Of a stretch of 64,000 nucleotides of DNA, positions 1 to 24,700 are shown piece by piece (positions within the stretch are counted from its first letter, which is position 1; each line of letters opens with the position of its first letter). The notes beneath the pieces were generated by a model, which was not told the DNA's origin, did not search any database, and was given only the letters and a program-made list of their open reading frames with translations. Origin of the DNA: Lingula anatina (taxonomy: Eukaryota > Animalia > Brachiopoda). The DNA is taken from assembly GCA_051362555.1 (NCBI GenBank), contig CM120640.1, forward strand, positions 40,154,788 through 40,218,787, written 5' to 3'. The translations under genes were made by a program, and so were the position numbers.

Positions 1-51
1 TTTTTATAGTAATCTTATTGAATAATTAAAAATAATTAAAAAAAAAAAAAC

Positions 52-350
52 ATTCTGGGCCATATGTGGTCCATGTCTGGCCCTAATCTGGCCCATTTGA
101 ATATGATCTGGCCCACATCTGGCCCACATCTGGCATGCCATACATTTGCCAGATATTGCCAGATCTGGGCCGACATCTGGCCATATGAGCAAATGTGGAC
201 TGGGCCAGATGTGGCAATGTCTGGGCCAGATCTGGCCCAAACATTGCCACATCTGGCCCACATGTGGCAAGCCATACCTTTTGCCAGACATTGCCAGACG
301 TTGCCAGATCTGGGCCAGACATGGGCCAGATCACTGAGGCTGTCTGGGTA
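52..350. mobile_element. End of a probable non-autonomous DNA transposon/MITE with palindromic subterminal repeats, inside a SPAG17 intron
   Basis: GC-rich patch in AT-rich DNA built of ~10-11-bp units (TCTGGCCCACA / GCCAGATCTGG) in both orientations. Near-perfect 60-bp palindrome at 201-260. Ends sharply in GCTGTCTGGG|TA (reverse complement CCCAGACAGC), a terminus type seen in CCC-ended non-autonomous DNA elements. The other end is not identifiable in the window. Confidence 0.6.
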
Positions 351-610
351 GGATTTGAGGTTTATTGTTTTTTTCAGGATTTTAGTAGTATGTTGTATGT
401 TTTATGTCATTAAATCTTAAAATAGCATATATGTTAGTTTTTTTATCATTTCAATGCACAAATAGTTTTAGAACAACCTGCTATTTGCCTTTGTACCAAA
501 ACAACTAAATTTAGAGCATATATACAGCAGAGGTTCCTCTAGCAACATGTACATACTAGTAATCCAAAGACATACAGATCATACCTCACAACACATGTTA
601 TGATTTCTAG

Positions 611-11851
<11,241 letters not shown>

Positions 11852-12000
11852 ACATGTGGGTCAACATCTCTCTGCCTAGATTTTTTTTCTAGCGAAGATT
11901 TTCTTCATTATTTAAGTAATCAGTAGGTTTTAACTGTCATTGCATTTGCCTCACAGAGGAGGAATGAAAATAAATACATAAATAAAATATAAATGAAAAA

Positions 12001-12056
12001 AAAATACAAATATAGAGATTTGGAATAAAATACAAATATAGAGATTTGGAATAAAA
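12001..12056. repeat. Two-copy 26-bp tandem repeat in the putative SPAG17 3' UTR
   Basis: AAAATACAAATATAGAGATTTGGAAT repeated twice; each copy ends in an AATAAA. Confidence 0.85.
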
Positions 12057-12586
12057 AATAATTATGAGAGAAAATAAATCTGGTTAGATTTTGCATTGAA
12101 CACAGGACACTCAAGTATTTAAATTGAATGTATATATTGCAGTAGGTAAAAATATGGAAGACCATATTTCAATACTGACATTTTGAATTTTATTTGTAGA
12201 AAGCCCAAGATAAAAGCAAAGGAGAGGATATAGAATACCACTGGACAGTTTACATAGGTTTTGTAAACTAGGGAAGAAGACATTGTAAATTTAAAATTAA
12301 AAAAAGAATTGTAAATTGAGAAAGCACTTTCTCGAAACAACTGAACACTCCGTCCATGCTGATTTAATATTTTTATGTATCTGTTTATATCTATTTAATT
12401 TTTTTTGGTAAAAAAGTTCTTTTAATTATTTTGGCAGAGTATGTATTGAATTGACTTTTTGATATGTATATAATTCTCTGTGAACTTTAACTGTGATAGA
12501 ATTGTGAACACAGGAAATTTTTTATGCAGGATACAATATAATAACATTTTATGAATGTCTTTGCATGATGTGTAACATAACTAGCC

Positions 12587-12592
12587 AATAAA
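12587..12592 (+). terminator. Candidate SPAG17 polyadenylation signal
   Basis: AATAAA followed by a T/GT-rich tract; other AATAAA hexamers occur at about 11970-12055 and 12641, so the site is uncertain. Confidence 0.35.
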
Positions 12593-12991
12593 TGTAAAAA
12601 ATGGTTTCAATTTTATGTTCCTCATGTTTCATCAAAACATAATAAAAATCTTTTTTTCTAATTTTTGGTGAAATAACTGATATAATTTCAAATTAGTAAA
12701 ATGAAGAGATAGAAGACATTTTCAGTATATTATTCTTTTTGAAAAACAAACAGTAATATTATTCAAAAGAGGGAACATTTTCAATTTTGCTGATAGAAAT
12801 GGTAGAACTAAATTCTATTATTGTGCTCCAAATAAAGAATGAACATACCATGTGTATTGGCTGTCTGTAAACATTTGATCCAGTATAAGACACCAACAAT
12901 TTTAATTTCTCTGCAAGCTGACTGCATTACATCTTACAGAAATGCAAACCAGCAACGATAAACAATTTTTGCCTCAACACTGAACACAACA

Positions 12992-12997
12992 TTTATT
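12992..12997 (-). terminator. Candidate AHR polyadenylation signal
   Basis: TTTATT on + (AATAAA on -) followed on - by the GT-rich TGTTGTGTTCAGTGTTG; would imply a 3' UTR of about 2.7 kb. Confidence 0.35.
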
Positions 12998-15254
12998 ATA
13001 ATTTTCTTCCATTTAGACATCACATAAGTATATATACAGCATATAATATATGTACACTGTTGAGCAATCTTGCAATTTTACCACTTTATCACTTCTGTCA
13101 TACATGTACAGCTTCTTCCAACTACTGTATATACCTGTTAATATTATGCATTAATTTTTATAAACATAAATAAGTGCTTAGAGCATTAAAAAGATACTGT
13201 TACATTGCAATATGAGTACATTATTAACCCACATCCAAGTGAGCTTTGTATACAAATATAAACTACTGGAAAGTGTGGTATGAGGATCATTTTCATGAGG
13301 AAGGAGAATGGCTGAAGCATTTCAACAAAGATGCTGTTTGTTCTGAAACTTTATCGATGTTACAAGATGCTGTAATCAATGATAATATCACTATAATAGA
13401 TTGGAGTATTAAATAGATTGTGTCAAGACTAAAGGGATGCGTTTCTTGGCAACAACTATTTTGAGCAGAATTTGTTTGCAATAATTACCAATATTTCCTT
13501 GGGAGATATGCATAAATATGTCCTGCTAGATCAGCCAATCAAATAGCTGAAAACAAGGCTCTTTTCAAATCAAGCGGTATATTTTGGCATTACAGTCTGG
13601 ACCAATACACTATATTAAGAGGTTTATGCAATTGTACTAACAGGGTTTTTGCTCATTCTAATAATTTCGCTTCCTACTGTTTGGGGGAGGGGGGGGGGGG
13701 CTATTAATTGGCCATGTCTACTGTAACAGCCAGCCTCTTAAGTTGTCAATCTCTTAAACTGCACCAATACAGACCAAATCACAAAAGTATACAGCTTGAT
13801 GTGGAAAGTCTTTTAAACCAGCCTCCAGGTGATGATTATATATATATATATACACTCTCTCATAATTGTAGGTGTTTCACCCACCTTTCTTGTCAAATTA
13901 AGCTTACCCCTTTGTCAAAGCAGACTGGAACCACATCAGCAAAACAGTACGTTCCATGAAAAGAGTGTACACACATAAATCTATACTACATTTAAAAACC
14001 TGTATTCATTTTACAGAACCAATAACCCCACATTTTTTTTTACAATATTTGAATTATATTTGCATGTAGACTTAGATGTCAATAACATGAAAAACTAATG
14101 TAAACTTACATTTGTTTGGCATATGATATATTTTTTTTCTTATTTTGTTAAAATATTTAACAACATAACTGCTCAATTTTGAAGTTTCCAAGTCACTGTA
14201 AATAAATAAAGACTTAAAACTTCATTCAACAAAATGACCATAAAAATACATGTGCAAGTACATGTGACGCCTACACATATGGAGGTGACAATATTGGAAC
14301 TAATGTTACAAACAATAAAAATTACCCGAATCGAACACAAAATATTCCTGCAAGTCATTCTAAAATGAACTTGTCTATGTTTTCACATTTTTATTTCAAA
14401 AAATTAATCCCTCTTTAAGAATGAGTATAATGGGTTTGGCAGTTGAATACAATGAAATACCAGGATTGGAATCACTATTGATGCAGCAAAATTCAATGGT
14501 AACTCCTTTTAAAAAGAGGCTGGTTGGTGGTTCATAAAATTGCTTCATTTTTTTTAGTAGGCTTTCAGAGGTATTGGGACCTTATGTTTTAATTGGCTTT
14601 GTTTCAGCCACGAAGACCTCTAAAATTCATTATGAGATGTTGCACACATCACACAAATTACTTACACACCTGCATGATGGTGAGCGGAATTTTCTGATGA
14701 ATAGGGCATGTCATAAAAAAGCAGTTCTAAGAACTAAAGAAAACTGGTTTATATGGAGCTATGTCGGTTTTTTCTCAAATAAACCAGATAATTTTATAAT
14801 TTTCATCTGTGAGTACTAATAGCTGAAATATCAATGTCTATACTGAAAAAAAAAAGATGCCAATATGTGCACACATACAATAAAATTCATGGTATTTTTT
14901 GTATTAAAAAGATTAAGAATGAACAATGTACTCAAAATACATTACATAAACTTTTCTTTTAAACTGTTCTTATCTATTTTACCTGATTGTAGCATTTAAC
15001 TCGCATAGATTGTTCTGAGTGTACTTCCACTTAAAAAAATATGTCCACAACCTTCTTCAAATGTAATTTGTGGTTACAAATTATGGTGGATCTTGGGAAC
15101 ATATTGAGTTGGGTATTCAAGAAATATTTTTTTCTTTAAAAGGATATCTACAACTACAGTACATACACGTACATGATATTAAATGCTATGTCTATTTAAG
15201 TCATCCTTTAACCATCTTTAGATAAACAAATGTACATATATTTTGGCAAGCTGT

Positions 15255-15258
<4 letters not shown>

Positions 15259-15300
<42 letters not shown>
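15259..15300. repeat. A42 homopolymer (poly-U in the putative AHR 3' UTR)
   Basis: Direct observation. Confidence 0.9.
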
Positions 15301-15301
<1 letters not shown>

Positions 15302-15649
15302 AGCTGTTAGCACCATGATGTGAACTTTATTATCAACTTGAATTGTTTCAAATGACTCTACATTTAACTATCCTTTAAGATATTTACTTCTAATGGTGTC
15401 AATCTTGTGAACATTATTTCTCAGACTGTTCTTCCTCAAACAAATTTCATTGCCATAAAATTTGTCATTTTCTTAAAATTGCCACTAAATGCATTTTTCA
15501 GTCATTACTTCTTGATTACTTGTCATCTAAGAAAGCAGTCCCCTGATTATTCAGTAGTCAAGAATGGCCACCCTGATGGTCAATTCATTAAGTAGTCCTT
15601 CCCTCAATAGTTCATTCAATGATTCATGGTCAACAGTGCTATTTCTTGG

Positions 15650-15751
15650 TCACTGGTCACTGCTCAGCAGGGTGTGAGTTACTTCAGAGAAAGAGAGAAG
15701 AGGGCTTATGGGATTGGGTCCTCCACTTCTATCATCTATCTTCAAAGACAA
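15650..15751 (-). CDS. AHR: AHR exon 12, terminal ([33 protein letters not shown])
   Basis: Strong pyrimidine tract with ttccag acceptor; [13 protein letters not shown] resembles a C-terminal motif recalled from protostome AHR/spineless proteins. Confidence 0.75.
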   Translation of the reverse strand: MSLKIDDRSGGPNPISPLLSFSEVTHTLLSSDQ

Positions 15752-18700
15752 CTGGAAGTAAACAGAAAAAAGTGTGTTAGCATTCTAAGCACTGACTTGT
15801 ATGTAATCTTATTTAGTGCATTTTTCAGATGCATTCATGTTTTTAAAATAGCAACGTAGGCAGAGGGGGTGTTGGAAAGGTTCGAAAGATCAACACTTTT
15901 CATTGGGAAAAGGTCTTCTCTGAACCAAAATTTGATCTAGGCCCAAAGAAGACATGAAGATTTTGTGGGAAAAAAGGTAAAGAAACCTCATCATAAATGT
16001 CAAATGGCAACCATTGTGTGACAGATAAGTTTATTTCCACTATAAATAACAAAATCCATGTTATCTGACCATGCCTTAAAATTGATTACTCAGCACTGTG
16101 ACTCAGGTATGGCACAATCAATAATAACAATTATAGAAAAGAACAAGAAAAGGGAATGGCAAATTCAGTTGGTTAGAATTGTGTACATGTACATATTCCC
16201 TTAACTACTCTCAACAGGAGGCCCTTCTAACTGTTCAAGAGGGAATTCTTATACCCTCAGTCTAATTAGTATAATCAAAAATAGCTGAACAAGATGAGTA
16301 TCTTCAAAAATTCAACGCAATAGTTAAAGTAAACATTTGCCTCCTGACCACGTTGTTTCCTGAACCATCCCTTTTATTTCATCAGTACAACTTTGGATGA
16401 CAATGTTAAACCCTAACTCTAACCCACAATTAGTAATTAAGTTATGTTAAACTAAATGAAATAATTTTCTGTTATCATGACATGCAAATGCAGATACATT
16501 ATAAGTAAAAATACAAAAATTCCCATCACCTGTAACTACTGACCCTTGCGTCGTGGAAGGAAGATTGGTAAGTGTCACCCCCTCTTAGTGTGGTAGGACA
16601 ACCATAGGTGTCGCTACCTGTCCATGGCCTGTGCTCAAGGGGGAGCCCCATGTGATGTATCCATGGAGTGGACTTCACCACCGGGACAGCTATACCACCA
16701 GAGATAGAGGAAGGCTGCTTATGTTGGGATACTGGCCTAAAATGAAAAAACAGATTTACTTCAAAATGTGACAAGAGAAAGACTAAAAATAAAAATCAAC
16801 AACAACAACAACATCCTCAAATTGCAAATTAAAAATTTAATCCACGCAAAAGCACTAACAATAGAACTTACAGAGCCATGGTCCTTCTGTCTGTTGGCTG
16901 GATCACTGAGGTTGCCATGGTAGCAGATACAGGACTAGAAGAATTGTTGTGATTGGTAGAATTTAGGGCAACTGGACTGAGGTCGTCCCTGCTGGCCATA
17001 GGACTTGACCCATTGGACTGGTCATGGGAGGATGACCGGGAGAGGTCGGGGTGTTCCTTATCCTCTGGGCTGGTCAAGCGGTTACATGGTGACCACACAG
17101 AAGACTGAGACAGAGGCATGGACGAGCTGGTGGCCTGAATCACCGAGGTGGATGTGGACGCCAGGGCTTCAATGCTGTTTTGACGACTTACAGATTTGGG
17201 TTTGGGGTTGATGATCACTGAGCCATGGCCGTTTGGGAGTACATTCTTGGGGCTAGTGGAGCCCTCCACTGTAGAGGAATTCTTTTTACCATTCTCCCTT
17301 GGTAATAGTTCAGAAACATGCTGGTCATAGCGATCTGTAGCTATATCTGACCGAAATGCTGAACATGGATTGCTAGAAATGTTCGTAGAGACCAAACCAT
17401 CAGTGTTCAAAAGAGAGGAACTGGATGAGATTCTGGATTTCAAACACATGGAGTCCATGAAGCTACCATTCATTTGATGGCTCAGTCGCTCGTTTGAGAA
17501 ATCATATTTTCGATAATCAGACCCATATTTATCGTGCCCGTAGGCACTCACATCATAGCCATATTTGGCTACATCGTAACCATATTTACTTGTGGTAGCC
17601 ATCAAGTCCGGATAGGTATTGCTATTGTAATGTAGAGTATGCTGGTACTGCCTTGGCTCCAAGTAGTAACCATTGGGATATGTGTGTTTGTCTGCCTCTG
17701 CTATTCTGTAACTATCTGCTGCACTAGGATACAAGCCCGCTGTGGCAAACGCGGTGTGATAACTATGAGAGCGATACAAATCTGCCTCCAGACCAAAGTT
17801 ATTGCTTGCATATGGGTACATCAACTCTGTGGGTGCCGCCGTCTTGAGGTCACCATTTTGGGCCGCTGTGAAACCACTGATGGGACTGTATGGGGAGTAT
17901 CCATTCAGTCCATTCACTCCTTCCCTGTATGGTTGCTTTCTTTTCCTTCCTGTCTGCAGGTAGTCCTTGAGCTGAGGCTTGTTGGGTTTCTGCTTCTTCT
18001 GTGACTTAAACTTGGGACTGTAGGGAGATTCTTCTATTGGAGAGCCCAGTTCACTGAGAGTGTCACCACAGTCTATTATGGGATATGGGAGCTTGAACTC
18101 TGTACCACGTTTTCTAACTAAATCCTTACCCTCATCATCCCTGTAAATTGAATGTTGATAAGTTAAAACTTTCTTGGAGATATGAAATACCTGTGCAAAA
18201 TTGCTTGCATAGAACTGAATAAATGCTGTAGCTTTATAGAACACTGAAAAGTACAAATTCTCTAAAGAATGTGCAAATTCAGCATATACTTTTGTATGAT
18301 GAAATTTAATTTCCAAAATAGCATGAGTTGGAAGGATTAATGTAATTGATAAATAAATTTTTTAAAAAACTTACGTGAGGTGTCTGTGTGTGACAAGAAC
18401 AAAATCTGGCTTGCTGTTCTTGTAAATAATCTTACAGCTACTCTGCAACCACAGCCACCTACAGTCTTTTGTCATCAGTCTGTAGGCTATCAAACCTGAG
18501 TTACCAGTTTTCATTACTAAAAAAATAAAATAAATAAATAAATACTGGCATAATGTTACAGTTATTTCAGACCAATATACTTTCAAACGCACATCAACCT
18601 GACTAACTGGTTTTTTGAGCTTTATTAAAAGAATCAAAACACCCATATACCTTTACATCTATTGTTTATAGTGTTTAAACAATTATCTAATGATGCCTAC

Positions 18701-21700
18701 ACAGATGATTTCTATCAGGTTTCATTCTGTCTCTCCGTCAAGGTGTTCATGCTGTCTAGAACGTTATATATTTCAGAAACTGCGATGAAAGAAATCAGTT
18801 GATAAACATGTGGTGCTTCACACACACATTCCCACTGTGAATATCGTTAATTAGTCTGCTGCTGCCGTTCTATTCATCGAATACATGTTATGCTACACAA
18901 AAGTATAATGCTTCAAGTACTCCCTTTCAGGAAAACAAAGAATGTCAGGTGATACTGTAGTTCTGCTTAAAAACCCTGTTCAAGGACATTTAGTTTCACC
19001 ATCTGCTCACACACCTTATTCCCAGAGCAATGTATCTTGTAACTCAGTGTGTTAGTTGCAATAGTGTGTTACATGAAATGGCAAAAACTGTGCACATGTT
19101 CTTATACATACATATGTATAAATATATGTACTCACATTCCTGATGTGCCGCAGAGTAATAGTTCAGATCATCTGGATGTATGAGATCATAGCCGCCTCGC
19201 GTTGCTAACTCTGGGTCTGTGTATCCAAACAGTACTTTTCCCCTAATACATAAAAAAAATATTGATAGAATAACAAAGACCAAAACTATACTCTTCTTCA
19301 ATTTAAATGTTGAAATTGAGTTGTATTAATATAGAAATAATCTTTGACTGGAAAATGGACAGTTTCTTTCACTAGGTGACCAGATACATAGGGACACCAT
19401 CTATAATTGCAAATCTCATGTGGTCATCTGGTCATCTTGTGGCCTCATTAAGACCATTTCTTGTCTAAGTTTGCATAATTGTGAAAATAGTATCACGACC
19501 ATCAACTGATAAGTTTGTACACATGTGACACCTTGCTGATAAGAATAGAGAATTAGAATATATACTAGTACATGTATCTTGTAGTGATAATGTGATATAT
19601 TAACATATTATCACAAGTGATAATTCGATAAAGATAAGTAATTCAATGAGCCACCTGTGGTCAATGGAAACCGGAGACAAGTCCATTTTGTGTTTGCTCT
19701 TAAACGTGTAGTCCCTTTGCTGCATGTCCAGCACTGGGAGTGGACCAAATGGACAGCAAGTGGCAAATAAAGCCAACAGAGGTTCCTCTGACTTCACATT
19801 CTGTCCATGAAGGTATTTCAGCCAGCCTGTGATCTCCAGGGTCTGTGAATAAAAGGGAGGAAAAAATATCAAATTGGCATCAGCTGGCAGGTGTTTTTCA
19901 ATAACAAACAAAAGTGAAAAAAGAAAGAGAGAAGTCAGTACATTGGATTGCTAACAAAGTGTATCAAAAAACAACTTGCGGATACATTGAAAGCAGCAAG
20001 TGAAATCCATTACAGATGCTTAACCAATTTAATATCTGTAGAAAATCTTGTTAATGTAATGATCTTTGAAAGCAATATGTGCAAAAATATACCATTTGTG
20101 AACACACAAATCTACTTACAATAAAACCAGATGTATTGTCCAACAAACAACGGAACCGTACAGTGAAAGAGCGGTGCAGGAGATGAACATTTTCTGGAAA
20201 AAATATAAATACATAGTTTAATTAAACTATGAAAATAAAACAAAATTAATTAAAAAGTTTGCATATTTTAAGATTTTTTCAATTTATTAAATGTTGAAAA
20301 CTATGCTATTGACAGTTTTTTATTTCCCACAAGTCATAAAGAGAAAAAATAAGATATCATTTCATTTAATTGATTATCATGGCATAGATTTGCCAATCTT
20401 TCGAATGACATGGCAGAACAGTAACAATGCATAATTCAGTCTATGATCAAGAGGTTGGTTAAGTTGACCCACAGAGGGGTAAATAGGCACCTCATTAATC
20501 TCACTCATTAGTTAAAGATAATAGTCTTTGTAGAGAAGTATAATTGTTCAGAGGAGAACAATAACAGGGTTTGAGAAACAGTGTAATTTTCTGTACAGAA
20601 TCAATATCCACATTGTCTCAGTAGACAGGTTAGCTGGGACTTGCTGATAAATAGTCTGACGCCAAAATAATTGTCAGACTTGCTAGAAAGTCCGCACAAT
20701 CACAGACTGTCCCAGTGACTTAGAAATATTTGTGTGACAAATTTAAACAACAACTACAGTTTTTATTAGATTCATTTCTAAAAAGTATGAAACAGAAAGA
20801 AAAGGTTGAAACCCATTCTGTGTAAAAGAATAGACACAAAGAGATATGTAACTCTTTTTTTTATTTTATAATTTTATACAAAACCACCACACTCTTTGTA
20901 TATTTTGAAGTGTATTTTTCCATTTACAAAAACACATCATGGAGGTTTCTTTCTCATGCCTGAGGTTGCTGTACACTTATTTTTCAAGTGGTTTTTCCTA
21001 TAAATACCTGAGTTCTCACCTTTCTCACTTTGCAACCATTAAGCTGATTTATGAAACCACATTTTTACAGTTTAACAGACAGACACTCAATTGAAAAAAC
21101 ATTTAAAAGAAATTCCAAAATGAGAAAAAAATTAAGTCAATTAATCCTCAATGCCACGGCACACTTGGGTATTCTGCTAAAGTACCCTCCTAATTTCTAA
21201 TTGTGATGGATTCCAAATCACCATATTCTGCTTTCCTTTTTTTGGTTCAACCAATAATTTGAGATCTATGTGTATTACCCAGCTGAAATGTTGCCAATAA
21301 AGTGACAATCTCACAGTTTCCCTTATTGCATCTACCTGTCAGTTAGAAAGGCCATTATCACTAAGCAAGAGTGTATCTCATGTACGGCCATGTTAACAAG
21401 GTGTTTTTACTTAGCATAATTGTATACAAAATCCATACAAGCTGCTTTATAATTAGATCTACCTAATCTGACAGTATCAAATAGACAATCAAGAGAATGG
21501 AAGTATCTTGTGTCTCTGCTATATGAATGTATTGTTTTTCTTTTCAATGTTAGATCAGTTGCAGTTAGCACATCTCTACCAACACAAAAAGTTTAGATGA
21601 ATAAGGTTTCTCTCTTTCTTTTTCTTCTGTCCTTACTTCTATCTACAGGTCAGTTTATCCCTCCTTCCTTTTCATCATTTCAAAGAACACTCAGGATAAA

Positions 21701-24700
21701 AAACACCACACCTCAAAATTTGTAATCCAAAGAATTTCCTATGGATCATTTAAGTTCTGACAACTGATACCATTTTAAAATACTCAGAGACTGCCAAGAA
21801 GGTCCTGGAAGGTATGTTGGACAAGAATGCTTTGAAGGCACCTGAAACCAAGTTAAATCTCTTTCTACTACGTACTATTATTACTATTATTATGAACAAG
21901 GATCAACATGCCCCCTAGCCTGATTGGCAAGTTATTTGGTTGATTGCCTTTTTTTGCTTTACCTGCCAACATAAGTTCCTGCAATGTCATACTAGACTTC
22001 TCTGGTGGTAACATGGACGTCCATGAAAGCTGCCTCTTGAATTCTTCTCGATCTTCTGAGTGAATCAGTTCTAACACACTCTGGTGAATGATGTCCGACT
22101 GGAAAAAAAAAAAAAAAAGAATTCAGATAAAGAATAAAGGCAAGGAACACATTAAGTCAGGCAAATAACCAAAGTACTAAATCTAGCAAAAGGAATGCAT
22201 ATCACAAATAAGAGACAAGATGGAATTATAATATTACCATCGCCACAAGGTACATGTATTAATGGTAAGTCCCATTTCCTCAGCATCTATTTACAGTACT
22301 TTAGAAATAAGAAAGCAAGACAAAATGCCCTCAATGCCACCTCTGTTTGGAATACAAAACAGACACAAAATATATGAATATACATAAAAACAGCATTGTG
22401 ATGTTAAGCATAATAGAAGTGTAATACTTTAAAGAAACAAATTACAAGCCATATATATTCTAAGTTTTCAGGAAAGCATGAAGCGACTATTGAGGTTCTT
22501 TTATGAAGGGATATTTTTCAATTCTTAGAACAACTCTAGGTCATCATGTGCCTTCTCTGGAAGTGATCCACAGAGACCGGAGGTTTTCCCCACTGGGGAC
22601 CTATTTCTGAAATTAAACTCTTTTCATTACCTTGATTAGTTGCCTCCAGTAGCAACCTTACAAGGCGGGCATGATTAGAGATTGCAGCTATGTTTTCCCC
22701 CTTTTTCCTTTTTTTATGTCCATGTGTTCTGAAAACTTGTGTTCACTAACATTTTTTTCTTTAAATATCTGACTGAATTAGAAGTGAATATTAAAAGTTG
22801 TAAATTTTTTCTCTGTCCCTCTTTTTTTCCTTTAAGTGATATAAGATAGGACATTCAATTGCCATAAGAAATCTAATTAATACCTAATCCAATCTGCTCC
22901 TTTCATGGATTCCTAAATCACCTTTTACTGTACGTGAAAAATATGCTGACATTTGTTGATGAAAAGTATATTCTAAACACTATGATATAATGTCCTCCTT
23001 TCTCACCCAAGAGAATATTAGCTGACAAAGAAATAGACTATCTTCAGCCAGAATGCTTGTAACCTGTCACAAAAATATGGTCTGGGTGACAAATTCCTTT
23101 AATCACTTCATTATTTATAAAAGGCATTATGATCTCTGCACAAAGGATCTGTCAACAGCACCTTATTAGCTCAATTAAAAAAGAAATTAAGACAACATTA
23201 CTGCCTGTGTTTCAATCTGCCAATTTTCACAGAAATGAAGTCATCTAAATGCATCCACACATCCCTATTAATGGAGGAGCAGCCTTACTGGTGATGGCTC
23301 ATTGGAGACAACACATACCTAGCACCACTTTCTTTAATAAATGGGGAGTTTTTAAGTTTTCTTTTTTAATGTGTGTGATAATAACTGTCCAAAATGCCAC
23401 CGAGTGAGGTAAAACACTCTCATTTTTTGGCACCACTGTATCAGACAGAGCATCTTAACCTCACGTTTTTCACTATACTTATCTAAATTGAATTTTCAAA
23501 AATGCCCCTACTTTATCTTCCTTGCTATATTTCAATTCAACTCTAGCTAAATTTTTTCACCTCAATCAACATTCTAAAAAATAGCACTTTCATTGTGAAA
23601 AAGTTTCACTTCAATTACAAACCGGTCAACAAATCTTGCAATTCAACTTACTTCTGGAAATTTTAATAACCTTTTCATACTAAATATTGAATGTTGACCT
23701 TCATCAGATAAGAACAACAGAATTACTGACTTCAGAAATCCTATCCCTTCACAATTCTATGACAAAATCAACTTACAAGGTATCATGTTTTTTTTTTGTT
23801 GCCACATTAATTTTGGTGATATTTCAATTATAGTATTACAATCTAGACATTTATTTTGGTGACATTTCAATTACAATATTTTTTCCACATATGAACATTC
23901 AGAACTATTCACTGTCAATGCCAAAAATGTTGATTTCTCATGAAGCAAGTAAAAATAATAATTGTTTCCAACATTATCATCAAAATGAAAAACATTTAAA
24001 ATAAAATCAATGAAAGAAGCTGCAAAATTACTTTTTTTGTCATTTTTGTTTGGTATAAAAAGTAATGAGTTTGCATGAGAAATAATTAGAAACATGACAG
24101 GGAGAAAACTTGTTTCTAACCATCCCACAGGGGAATTGGTTTAGATTGATGATGTCAGTGGAACAATTCCAGTGTGGAAATTAGCAGATTGTGCACACTG
24201 CCATGATTTCTCATATTTTGACATTGATCTTCAGTCTGGTCATCTTTGGCGGACTTGATGCCTTCGCAATGACGGGTAAAAACTGCAGTCTATTTTAGCG
24301 CTGGTGAAAACTGGTAACCTGGCCTCCCCAAGGGGTGATTAGAATTCAATTACAACCACTTATCACTGTTTAATCACACTTTTCATTGCTGTCTTTCACT
24401 TAATTAAAATGGACCTCGCCTTTTGCCTCTATTTCAATCCCAGTAATCCATCTCCATCTGGTTCTAGTGTCAACAAAGCCCTAGCTATATTGCCAACATG
24501 TTATTCAATTTAGCTCAACTTTAATTTCATGTCTTGAAAGGATTCTGAAATATTTTCTAAAGTGTCCATCTACTTATTGTCAACACGTTTACAAAAGCTG
24601 TTTATTGGTGTTGTTTCTTTGCGCCATAATCACATTCTTTGCTTCAACTTGCTTCTCAAGAAAAAAAAAAAAAAAAAAACTAAACCAAAAACAGAAACTG

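Noticed and set aside
52-350. Superficially CRISPR-like repeats
   Set aside because: No constant repeat with unique spacers, no cas genes, and eukaryotic intron context
4-413. Six overlapping ORFs on both strands
   Set aside because: By-product of the stop-poor palindromic repeat; the translations are repetitive and lack splice context
15249-15307. A42 tract flanked by AGCTGT as a possible retro-insertion scar
   Set aside because: The putative target-site duplication is only 6 bp and offset, with no element body; simple slippage is sufficient
16868-18374. In-frame stop codons at the donors of AHR exons 9 and 10 (and SPAG17 4268-4270)
   Set aside because: Automatic consequence of GTAA donors in phase-2 introns
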